55,808 bases of DNA. Source: Paraspadella gotoi. Taxonomy: Eukaryota; Animalia; Chaetognatha. Where the stretch lies: the NCBI GenBank assembly GCA_051294375.1, contig JBJCIZ010000282.1, positions 465,597 through 521,404 of the forward strand. The letters are read 5' to 3'. Below are positions 1-10,270 of the stretch, one piece after another. Under the pieces are notes generated by a model. That model did not search any database. It had not been told where the DNA came from and saw nothing but the letters and a program-made list of their open reading frames with translations. Both the position numbers and the translations under genes were made by a program. The first letter of the stretch is position 1. Each line of letters starts with the position of its first letter.

Positions 1-769
1 TAAAAATATTTTAGTAAATGCGACTTATGTTTTTTCCACTAAAGCTCATTTCCACTCACACGATTCCGTCGAAACTTTATATCCAGCTTTATCACACACT
101 TTCCTACCCACACACAAAATTTCATTCCAATCCAACCAGCCAATCACGAGTTATTGGAGCTTTTTGCTAAGGTGGGACGGATGGACGGATTGATTGACTG
201 ATTAATTAGTTATTGATTAAGTAATAGACTAATTTATTAATTAACTGATTAATTATTATATGTGATACATATATTAATACATCCTGCAATCCTACATTTT
301 AAATATAAAAGGAAAAAGAGTCATAATCAAAGTAAATATGGTTTTTTTGTTTTTTTTTTCCCATTTGAAACTCAATTTTCTAATAGAGTCTACGTCGTTC
401 TTAGACGATCAGAGAAGGACCTTTTTCCAATTGGAAATTTTCGTTCTAATAATGACTACCGAGACCATATAAACGCTCTGGTAAAAATTCCTGGTAAATA
501 TCGATGTAAAAACACATTGATTCTGATCCTGTGACATCTGAAGGCGCTTCGCATTTTTTTTCTCTTCAAATCATCCATACACTTGAAATATCAAACAAGC
601 CAGATACACAATACACTAGCTAAGTCTGGAGGAAAAAATTCTTCCATCTCTTGATTTTATATAGCGGAAATGAAAGGGATTTTTTTTCCTTTGAAAACGA
701 TATAAACGTGACTGAGAGGTTGTTCCTGTTCAACAAATAGATACCAATTTTGGGAATCCTTTGGCAAAG

Positions 770-1182
770 TGTCGAATGGGCTCTCAAATTTTTTCTTAAC
801 ACTTTTATTTGGTATCTTTTGATATGATAGATCATGGGGTAAAGTGAATTAGTTCATTTTGGTGAATTTTTATTTAAAAATAAAGTCAAAATGAGGAGCT
901 AACGATTGGAATTCTAAAGAGTTTTCAACCGGGATCAATTCGCGAAAAATCTCTATGGCGCATGAAAATTTCCAAAGAAGGGGTGAAATTTTCCCAGAAA
1001 GATTTTCGTTAATAATTTTCTTTTCTTTCCCTTTTTAAATTTATGGTCGGCAGATTTTTTGAAACTTAAAATTAGCAGATTGCCATCATTTCTACAATTG
1101 CCGGTAACAGAGTATATTAAAAACCTCTGGCTTTTTTTGTCAGAGCCATTAGTCCTAACTAAACTTTTTTAAGAAAAAATTT
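770..1182 (-). mobile_element. Dispersed non-coding repeat, family R1 (TTAGGACTAA end plus hairpin; possibly Helentron-associated/HINE-like)
   Basis: Reverse complement matches 14890-15275. The same terminus occurs at 40738-40809 (+) and 49487-49648 (-). Terminal hairpin CTCTGAC-AAAAAAA-GCCAGAG. Classification is inferred. Confidence 0.6.
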
Positions 1183-2098
1183 CTTCACTTATCAACGCAT
1201 GTCTTTTCAGCGGAAAAAAAAATTATATCACCCTCTTATCAACTCGGACAAAAACAATCATTCGCGCGTACAGATAACTTTGAGGCTGTCCGTTAAGCGA
1301 ACAACGCTGGCCACCATGTCGGTAACGTGACCTGTGACCCACAGTAGATGACAGATAGAGAGCTAGGTGGTACATGTTTGACTAGTCTTATTTAGAACCA
1401 AATTCCGAAAGTCGATCCCAAACCTTTTTTCATAATATTTTTATATTTTTGGATAGAGAATGACTGGAATAATGTAAATCTTAAGTTACATCTAAATTGG
1501 CCCATGGGTTTAGAAGAAATCGACCAAAAACAACCAAAATTTCTCTCCTTTTTTTCAACATTCTCGCCTTTTAAGAATTTTGCCGATTCTGATTTCCTCT
1601 TACAAACTCATAATTCCGCTAGTTAATTTTTTTTTCCTTTAACAAGCGAAAGGAATCTACAACTTTCTAATCTTTTATAATTTATAGGTAAAAAAATATA
1701 ATACATTACATTAACATTGGGATATTGTGAAAGTGTAATGTCTTGTGAAGGCTAAGAAAGTTGAGTAATTAAAAAAATTGCCTATTTTATTATTAAAAAT
1801 TGACATTTAAGTGAAGAAGTTGAACATCTTCTGGCTCCTTTCAGTAAACGTCCCTGTTCTCTAAAATAAGATAATGTTTACTTTTTGCTGTGATGAATTT
1901 TGTAAGCATGCTTGTAAAATCAGACAAGCAATTATTTAAGTGACAAAAAATTTACATTTTCTTTATCCAAAAAACTTTAAAGTTTTACTAGAGTACCATT
2001 TAGCTTTTTTTCTTTCAGAATCATTAAAAATAATTTAATTTTTATTTATTCTTATGGGGTGTCATTAGTTTTAAAATTAATTATAATTTTGGCTTAGT

Positions 2099-2743
2099 TT
2101 GACAATCACCCTGTAAAGAGATTTCAGCAAAAATAATTCTAAAATTGTATCTTGTATGTGCCCTATGATTATGGCTTCATTTTGGTACTATTGCCATCCC
2201 TTTATTATTGTTCCTTCAAAAGATATTAGAAAAAAATAGTTTTTTCTCTTAACCTTCCTTTTAATTTCTTTTTAAATAAAAATTTCGCGATGAAAACTGG
2301 ACCAATTCAATTTACCATGTTAATTTAATATGAAAAATTTGGTCAATAATAAAAAGAAAAATAGAACGAGCTCTAGGGACACAAGGCTTTTGGGATCTCA
2401 TAATTTGAAGTACCATTTATAATGCTAACATACCCTAATCCCGTTTGTAATTTTAAAAAAGTGAAATTTCCCTTTCATTTCTATAGTAAAAATGAGGTAT
2501 GAAAATCCTTCGGAGATGAGTAGTCCATTTCCCCTCGCTTGTTTGATAGTAAAATCTTTATCAAATGCCACAAGTAGAAAGGAACGAGCTCTTGAGATGC
2601 AAAGCTGTTGGAATCGGATGTTTTTACAACTGTTTTCTACCGGAATTTCTTGCAGGCTCGTTTGTAAAGTTGGGCAGTCAGATTCGAACGGAAATCTCTA
2701 TTAGAAAAATGTTGAATTTTTTTTAAGCAATATTTTCGCCTAT
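2099..2743 (+). repeat. Dispersed non-coding repeat, family R2 (copy 1)
   Basis: Near-identical in reverse complement to 50174-50795. This explains the twin MRYENP... ORFs. Confidence 0.8.
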
Positions 2744-3108
2744 CTTATTATGTTTTTGAAGTTACTTAAAATAATTGTAGATTGCCAAAGTTGTATTAGG
2801 AAATTAAACAGTGATAAAATATTATGTCTTAATCCCTTGAGATCTAAAAATGGAATGCACTTAATTCTCTGCCTCCTTCCCATCTCTCTTCCTTTGTTTA
2901 TCTATTTGACTAAATGTTTACAAAATAGGAGCTGAGCTCTGTGAATCTACAAAATATTAAACTTTGGAACTGAGAATATTTAGAAAGACAAAATTTGAAC
3001 GAAAGTTAATTACTAAATTGGAGGCTAATTAAAATATTACTAACAAAACATTTAATGTATAATTGTTTTGCACTTTTTTCTATAAAAAGTATTAAGAAAA
3101 AATTTAAC

Positions 3109-5355
3109 CTGATAATTTGTTGGCTGTACCAACAGAACATTTAGTTGGACCAGTTGCTCCTTTATTCATGGTGTATGTTCCTGCTGGAGTAATTTGACAG
3201 CTTGTTTTTCCCTTCAGTGATTGATAAAATCCCTGCTTGCATTTATGACAATATGATGCACCAGATCCTTTTTGGTAACTTCCTGGTAAGCATTCTAAGC
3301 ATTCATCTTTATCACCACTGCTATATGTTCCAGGTCCACAATTGTTAAAGCAGGATACAGCCCCTGACATTTTTGATTTAGATTCTGGAGGACATTTTAA
3401 ACATACTTTTTGACCCACTTGAGGTTGAAAAGTTCCTGCTGGACATTTTCTACAAATTGCTGTTCCCGTTTTATCAGCAAAATGGCCTGGATCACAAGGC
3501 ATGCATATTTTGCTTCTTTCATGAGGTTGTTCTGATCCTTCTGGACATCTGATACAAAAAGCCGAGCCAATTTTCTTGTTAAATCTTCCTGGTTTGCAAA
3601 CCTTACATTCAGTTGAACCTATTTTATTTGTATATTCTCCTGGTTCACATGGAATACACTTCCATGAACCTACAGAATTCGTAAAATGTCCAGTAAAACA
3701 TTTGGTACAGTTTATTGAAGCCAGAATCGATGTAAATTGGCCAGCTTCACATGAATCACATGAAATAGACCCTACTTTACTCGAAAATTTTCCCATAGGA
3801 CAAGGTAAGCAAAGAATTGATCCATCATAAGAACTGTAGTAACCAAAATCACAAAACAAACAAGGTGATGATCCATAGATGGATTTATATGTACCTTTTG
3901 TGCATAAAACACATTCGTTTACATTATCATTTGACAAACTATATCCAGGCAGGCACTCTTTAGAGCAAAATCGGTGACTTCCATTTATTGATAAGAAATG
4001 TTTACATTCGTGACATGAAGAAGAATCTTTTGGCAAATCACATTCTCCAAAATCTTTGCATTCTTTATGGCAATCGATAAAACATACACCATTCTTTAAT
4101 ACCCAATTTTCATCACATTGAATTCTTTCTTTTCTTTGTTGAACCACTTTTACTTGCAAAAAACTGATATCTTTTTCACCAGAACCAAATGAATAAAATT
4201 TTAAGTTTTGTCTAATCCCACCAGTATTAAAATGCTTGGAAGCTAAAACAATTCCAGAATCAGATGATGGTGGGGTTTTTCCATACTGGATTACCAGATC
4301 ATTATCAGGTAAATGATAGAAGCAAATGAAGTAGGAGTCATACAAGTTATCATCACCTAAAGATCCAACCCCTGGTCCAGTTCTGACATATTCCTGCTTC
4401 ATTGCCTTGTAAATTGCTACACCATCTGGGGTTATTTGGACATAGTACCAAGATGAATAAACTTTTGGTATAGAAGAAAATACAAAAAATATATCTCCTG
4501 CAGTTGCTGCAATAAAATTTACACATGTATACTTTTGAAAACTATCAATTGTATGAGTATTTGACCAATAAACGTTGCATGGAACAGCAGCTTGTTTCAT
4601 ACCATTTGTCGACTCAAATACAGACACTTTTAAAACTTTAGCCACAGGGTATTTTATAAAAATTTTGTTTAAATCTGGTATTATTTTTGAATTAATCAAA
4701 TAATCCTCTTTTTCCATTACAAGAGAACCTGCCTCATCATAACTAAATAGAACTCCCCTGATACATACTGGATTAAACAAAGACCTTGTTTCTGGAACAC
4801 GACAGCCAGCACGGATATCTACATAATCAGTGTCAGGTGAAATAGAGTACCACTTTTGTCCTTTTAAAACAACGTGAAGAGTTTCATCTTTCCTAATCAG
4901 ACCAGGAATATCAAAAGGCATTTGAAACTGTACTTTAAATTTTTCTGATTTCAGTTGAAAATATGTTAAGAACTGAGATTGATTTGCCTTTTTTATACCT
5001 AAATTACTTAATGTTTCATATTCACAACCAGGTTTACCTGCTTTTAAATAAAAAGAATCAGTCTCTGTAGGACCCTCAGACATGTATATAGAAATAGCTC
5101 TTGCAAGAGATTCTATTTTTACTGACAGCATTTTTTGAAAATTGTTTATACTTTTGTATTTACAGATAATTTTTTGGGCATATTTTTGGTCCTCTTTAAT
5201 GTATACATTTTTAGGTTGCATATAGTAAGTAGTGTTTGTTTTTTTATCATACTTCAAACTTTTAGAAAATTCCGGATTTGTACCTAAACATCCAAAATCT
5301 TTCTGTCCAAAAGGAAACAGTGAATCCATGTTCATATTCAATATATCATTTATTG
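3109..5355 (-). CDS. Internal exon of a large MACPF-domain protein: end of MACPF, FaMeT-like (Methyltransf_FA) domain, furin-like repeat, tandem GCC2/GCC3 (ephrin-receptor-like) Cys-rich repeats
   Basis: Open for 749 codons. Acceptor tttttttacAG at 5357-5356 and donor tcag|GTtaaa at 3108, both phase 1. Motifs: CVNFIAATAGDIFFVFSSIP...WYYVQI (FaMeT-like), DCHKECKDFGECDLPKDSSSCHECKH (furin-like), and ~14 CxxCxxG[xx]S/Q repeats. Confidence 0.88.
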
Positions 5356-5475
5356 CTGTAAAAAAATTTTTAAAAAATATTTTAGCACAAACATGATTGC
5401 TGAAAAAATAATTTTGTTAATATTTTTCAATGAGCAATATTAATGCTTAATTTTTTTGCACCCTATTTTTGGTTA

Positions 5476-5580
5476 TTTTTAGTCGGATCTGCTTATCAGC
5501 AGATTCCGACTCTATTATTCACTTTGTCAGTCCGTTGGTCCCACCCCTAAATCTTGTCGGTAAATCATTTTTATAACATC
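5476..5580 (+). mobile_element. HINE/DINE-1-like (Helentron-associated) element 5' end
   Basis: T-run, then inverted repeat AGTCGGATCTGC-TTATCA-GCAGATTCCGACT, then a GTCAGTCCGTTGGTCC microsatellite. This layout is typical of HINEs. Confidence 0.55.
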
Positions 5581-5636
5581 AGACCGAGTTTACAAGCCTG
5601 AAAGATTATTTTAGAGAGAATATGATAAATTATTAT

Positions 5637-5890
5637 CGTGAGGAGGAGGAGGCGACGCGAAGATCTTCTTTTCCCCTCCCATTTCGCTTCCTTCTCCTTT
5701 TTCGATCGGGGTTTCGCGCAGCCACGAGATTTTTCCATTCTAGTTTCAACTTTCCCACTTTCTCTCTCTCGTTTAAGACCTATTTCACGCTCCTCTGTAA
5801 TTTTTATTATTTTCGTGTATCGTTTTTTTCAATTACATACGCTTCACCACTACCTCTCGTGTTTACTTTAGCCAGAGTCTTATTTCAGGG
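5637..5890 (+). repeat. 5' LTR of family A element
   Basis: CGTGAGGAGG...TTATTTCAGGG, directly followed by the PBS. Confidence 0.9.
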
Positions 5891-5941
5891 TGGCGCCCAA
5901 TGTGGGGCTCGAACCCACCGACCCCAGGATTAAGAGTCCTG
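5891..5941 (+). promoter_or_regulatory. Extended primer-binding site complementary to the 3' ~51 nt of tRNA-Lys(CTT), including CCA
   Basis: Reverse complement reads CAGGA-CTCTTAA-TCCTG-GGGTCG-GTGGG-TTCGAGC-CCCAC-ATTGGGCG-CCA: anticodon arm, T arm and acceptor 3' strand. Confidence 0.9.
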
Positions 5942-5949
5942 TCCTAGGA

Positions 5950-6420
5950 AGAGGATGCGGGTCCATCAAAGAGAATGCGATTCCATCGAAGAGAGATGCG
6001 GTTTCCATAGAAGAGAGATGCGGCTCCATCGAAGAGAGATGCGGCTCCATCGAAGAGAGATGCGGTTCCATCGAGGAGAGTTACGATTCCATTTGAAGAC
6101 AGATGCGGTTCCAATCGAAGACAGATGCGGTTCCATCGAAGAGAGATGCGGCTCCATCGAAGAGAGATGCAGTTCCATCTGAAGAGAATACGGTTCCATA
6201 GAAGAGAGATTGCGGTTCCATCGAAGAGAGATGCGGTTCCATTGAAGAAAGATGCGATTTCCACCGAAGAGTAATGCGATTCCATCGAAGAGAGATGCGG
6301 TTCCATCGAAGAGAGATATTCTTCCATAAAAGGGAGAAGCGGTTCAACCGGAGAGAAGATGTGGTTCCATCAAAGAGAGATTCGGTTCCAACGCGAGAAA
6401 AAAAGCGGTTCCATCTAGAG
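5950..6420 (+). repeat. 21-bp tandem repeat (GAGAGATGCGGTTCCATCGAA), ~20 copies, inside the LTR element
   Basis: Directly visible. Produces heptad ORFs (IEERCGS / MRFHRRE) in several frames. Confidence 0.9.
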
Positions 6421-7667
6421 AAGACGAATCTAATCATTTCTGTTAGAAAGCAAGTAAAAGAAATAGAATCTATGTTGATGAACAAGAACAACAAGAATGG
6501 AATCTGTCAGAGAACAAAGAGTGGAATCTGCTTGCGAGGCAAGAGTTGGAATGTTGAAAGGACTGGAAATCAATTTATGGGAAATTCAACAAAAGTCAAG
6601 ACCCAGGAGCCTACGATTTCAGCTCCAGCCCAAATATCTCGTCACTATGGAGTGAGAGACATGGTGGAAGATGAATAGTGGCTTTGGCTCTTTCCAAGAA
6701 CTGCGGAAAACACAATCAAATAAAAAACATGGAATCTGAAAAACATGAAAAACCAAAATTACAAAATGATTGAAAATGATCGCCATCCGCGGCAAAACAC
6801 TTACCTTCACAAACAAAATTGTGGGCGTCCTCTCTGATTCTTCATTGAGTTTGATGGAACAGAAGAGATTATCCTGGACTTCACTCCTCTCTTACAAAGG
6901 CAGGTTCCCATGTGAAAAGTAGATTGCCACAGACATGAACCAACGATCTGATTGCAAAGAAAAGATTCCCAACAAAAATAAGTTGCCACAGACATGGAAC
7001 CAACAATTCACGACAAGCCGCCACCGCATTGGCCCTCCCCAACGCGTTCCCGCACTAGCGCGGCCACGCCCACTTCCGGAACCTGACAAGCCCATGGAAA
7101 ACAAGGAGAAGCAACGCATGGAAGCATCAACGTTAGAAGTAGTCAGAAAGCAGAGATGCGGACACCGTCTCGCCAAAAAAAAATTGCAAAAAGAAAAAGA
7201 ACCTCCCAATATTTACGCTTGGAAAACGATCCAGAAGAGGCATCAACCAGGACACTGTGATAGGGATTTAATATGGGCATTGGGAACTTCGCACTCACAC
7301 AGCACTCACCATTTGTTGTAAATACTATTTTTTCGTTTTTTTTCTTTTTTTTGCCTTACCTTTTTTTTACACTTGCCAAATTCTTTTTTTTTCTTAGTTA
7401 GCCGTTGTATCTATGTATTGTCAAGTCCATCAATTAATTTGTACTACTGTTCTATGAATTGATTTTCTCTCTGTTATTGACTGTTTGACTTATTGATTAC
7501 CCCCCCTCCCCTCCCAACCCCATTTTTGTTTTTTTACTCTACCTGCCCACACACTCGCCATGCACCGCTAGGTTTTTTTTTTTCCACTTAGGACCTCATG
7601 CACGTGCACGAGGACAGCCCGTGCCATTCGGGGCGCGTGTTGTTTCCTTCGGGCAATTTATGGGCGC

Positions 7668-7921
7668 CGTTGAGGAGGAGGAGGCGACGCGAAGTCTTCT
7701 TTCCCCCTCCCATTTCGCTTCCTTCTCCTTTTCGATCGGGGGCGTTTCGCGCAGCCACCGAGATTTTCCATTCTAGTTTCACTTCCCCACTTTCTCTCTC
7801 TCCCGTTAAGACCTATTTCACGCTCCTCTGTAATTTTTATTATTTTCGTGTTCGTTTTTTTCATTACATACGCTTCACCACACCTCGTCGTGTTTACTTT
7901 AGCCAGAGTCTTATTTCAGGG
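7668..7921 (+). repeat. 3' LTR of family A element
   Basis: CGTTGAGGAGG...TTATTTCAGGG, matching the 5' LTR. Confidence 0.9.
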
Positions 7922-8699
7922 ATTATAATACCAGAAGCCCCTTAAAAACATTCATGTTCGAGAGATTCATAAGAACTCTGGAGGGCGTGATTCATAAATA
8001 TTTCACCAGATGGTTCAACGTCTTACAGTCCCTGGTCAAAAGCTATAACGCCATTCCAACTCCCACCCTTTTTAATTTGAGCCTGGATGAGATATACTTC
8101 TGCAACGCCAATATAGAATATGTGCACCGCCAATACAAGAAATAAGAGAGACTGAAGAGAGAGAGCTACAAAAATAGAAAACTCAAGTTTAAGGTGGGGG
8201 ATTTTGTCAGAGTGATCAAGGATGATCTGGGCAAGTTTTATCGCGGGTATTATCCAGCATTTCGCCCATCGATTTATAAAATAAGGGAAGTTGTTTCTAA
8301 CTTTCCCCCAATGTATAAGGTGGAGGATAAGATTCGATCTTATTACGAGCCCGAGCTCAGCCTGGTCCTAAAAGAGGATGATTTAGAGCAAAGAGGGATT
8401 CACTACTATCTGAAAGGAAAGAAAAAGATCGAAGGCAAGACTAGTAGTGGGCGCCAAAACCGAATATAATGTTAAATCAGTTCGCGACCTCGATCTCTCC
8501 ATCTGGCTAAACAAAAAGGATTATCAAAATTTAATCAAAAAACATGGAATTCTCAGTGGAGATAATATCTGATAGCTGCACCGCCTTGTTGAAGGACAAT
8601 AAAACATCGGCCTTCGGCAACCGACTCCCGCATCCGTTGTACCTGGACAAGCATTATTGGATGGGCTTATCTGAGATTTTTTCATTAAAGAAATTCGGA

Positions 8700-10270
8700 A
8701 CATGGACGTCATGACTTTTGAGATTTTTTATTTTTTGTTTGAGGACAAAGAAGATAGCCCCGGTTTATACGGGAAGATGATTGAGGCCGAGATCAAAAGC
8801 AGTTATTACAATTATTCAGACCATTTTTAAATCACGTGATATGGCAGCACATGCCCCGACTGAAAGGCATCAAGCTTTTTACCGTCGACCCGATAAGTAA
8901 TTTTTTTTGGTTTCACTATAAAAAGGAATATTATTTTTACCTAAAAATTCATCATAAATTATGCCTGCTTCTGGGTCTCATCTCTCCGTCCGAGGATAAA
9001 GAGTCTTTTTACCCTATTAGGCTTGCCAAAAAAAGTCAACTTTTTTGATCAGGAAACAAAGGATGGGCAAATTATTAATAGACCATTAAAAAAAACAAGT
9101 CATTTCCGAAACAGCTTACCAGGGCTTGGATAATTTTTTATACAGAAGCCAGGTACAGCTAATCGACTCCTTCACCCACATACTAGAGCGTTGAAAAATA
9201 ACAAAATATAACAAATCAAGTGAGGTACATAGCTATTTTAGTGTAATTTAGTCTGTAGAATTCGATAGTGATGACCATTTTTTGGTATAATTTTATCTTT
9301 CTTGTCGGAAATGACGGTTTTTAATGTATATAAAATTGTTATAAAATAGCAAAACCATTATAAGTTATGATAAATCAAATTATTAAGATTTTATAAAATT
9401 TATATGAACTTTTGAAATATAAAAATAAAGACTTATAAAAATATTTTGGTAAGTTTATTTCTAAATTTTATGTTTTATAAAAAGTTAGTTAACTATATTT
9501 ATTAATAATTATGAGTAAAAATTAGGTTAAAGTTAAAAAATAATAATTTCAAAATTTTTTTCATGGATTTGCATTCTTTACAAAAAGTTGATATAAGAAA
9601 ATATAACTTTTATATCAAAATTATGTCATTAAGTTAGTTAAAATTCAGAAAAACTATAATTTTAAGCCAAAAATTGAAAAATTAAACAAAAATAATAGTT
9701 TTTAATATTTTTAACCTACTTAATGAAATTTTTTTTTTTTAAATGGATTATACTTTCTTATATCAACTTTTTGTAAGTAATTCAAATCCGGTTTTAAAAT
9801 TTTATTTTTTTATATTTTCTCTTTAGTTTATTTTTTATTATTATTTATTAATAAATATAGCTAACAAATTATTAATAAAATATAAAATTTATAAATAAAC
9901 TTACAAAAAAATATTTATATGAGTCTTTATTTTCATATTATGTAAGTTAAATATGGCTTTTATAAAATCTTAATAATTTGAGTTTCTTATACTCTACAAT
10001 GTTTGCTCCATTTTAATAGCACCTTATATGCTGCAAAAATTGCCATTTCCGACAAAGAAGATGAAACTATACAAAAAAATGGTTATCATCATCGAATTCT
10101 ACAGACTTTATTACACTAAAATAGCTATGTGCCTCACTTGATTTGTTATATTTCGTTATTTTTCAACGCCCTACCACATACTATTTTGCATCTAAAGATG
10201 TCATTTACGGGGATAAGTTGACAAACATTTTATGTGTGGTTCCGCTTCAAGGCAAGGCCACCGAAAGAAC
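8700..10270 (+). pseudogene. Degraded Polinton gene downstream of the integrase, possibly the minor capsid (penton), split by a hAT MITE
   Basis: Fragments LKIHHKLCLLLGL and, across the MITE, FTHILF(C)/KDVIYGDKLTNILCVVPLQG resemble penton motifs (L..LLGF; GD....LL..VP). Frameshifted. Confidence 0.45.
9184..10173. mobile_element. hAT-type MITE (990 bp) with long inverted arms
   Basis: Ends TAGAGCGTTGAAAAATAAC / GTTATTTTTCAACGCCCTA. 8-bp TSD CCACATAC at 9176-9183 and 10174-10181. Inverted similarity extends for hundreds of bp. Confidence 0.92.

Larger units (their letters stand above)
5637..7921 (+). mobile_element. Non-autonomous LTR retrotransposon (family A, 2285 bp), tRNA-Lys primed
   Basis: ~254-bp direct repeats at 5637-5890 and 7668-7921, differing mostly by single-base indels. 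PBS starts at 5891. 5-bp TSD ATTAT at 5632-5636 and 7922-7926. No recognisable pol. Confidence 0.9.
5583..8520 (+). pseudogene. Polinton/Maverick (adintovirus-like) rve integrase remnant, split by an LTR element
   Basis: Removing 5637-7926 restores EFTSLKDYFRENMINYY-NTRSPLKTFMFERFIRTL (catalytic ERxxRTL). It continues ...KSYNAIP, an in-frame stop, then KFKVGDFVRVIK...FYRGYYPAF...PPMYKVED...YYEPELSLV, a Polinton integrase C-terminal signature. Confidence 0.85.

Noticed and set aside
2492-2704. Twin ORFs MRYENP... (also 50199-50396) as a gene family
   Set aside because: Both fall inside non-coding repeat R2, are short, and have no motif or splice support.
5891-5941. Functional tRNA-Lys gene on the minus strand
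   Set aside because: The D arm and 5' acceptor strand are missing, CCA is encoded, and it abuts an LTR, so it is a PBS.
5944-6494. Overlapping repeat ORFs, or a CRISPR-like array
   Set aside because: A 21-bp tandem repeat with no unique spacers. The ORFs are a by-product of the unit length.
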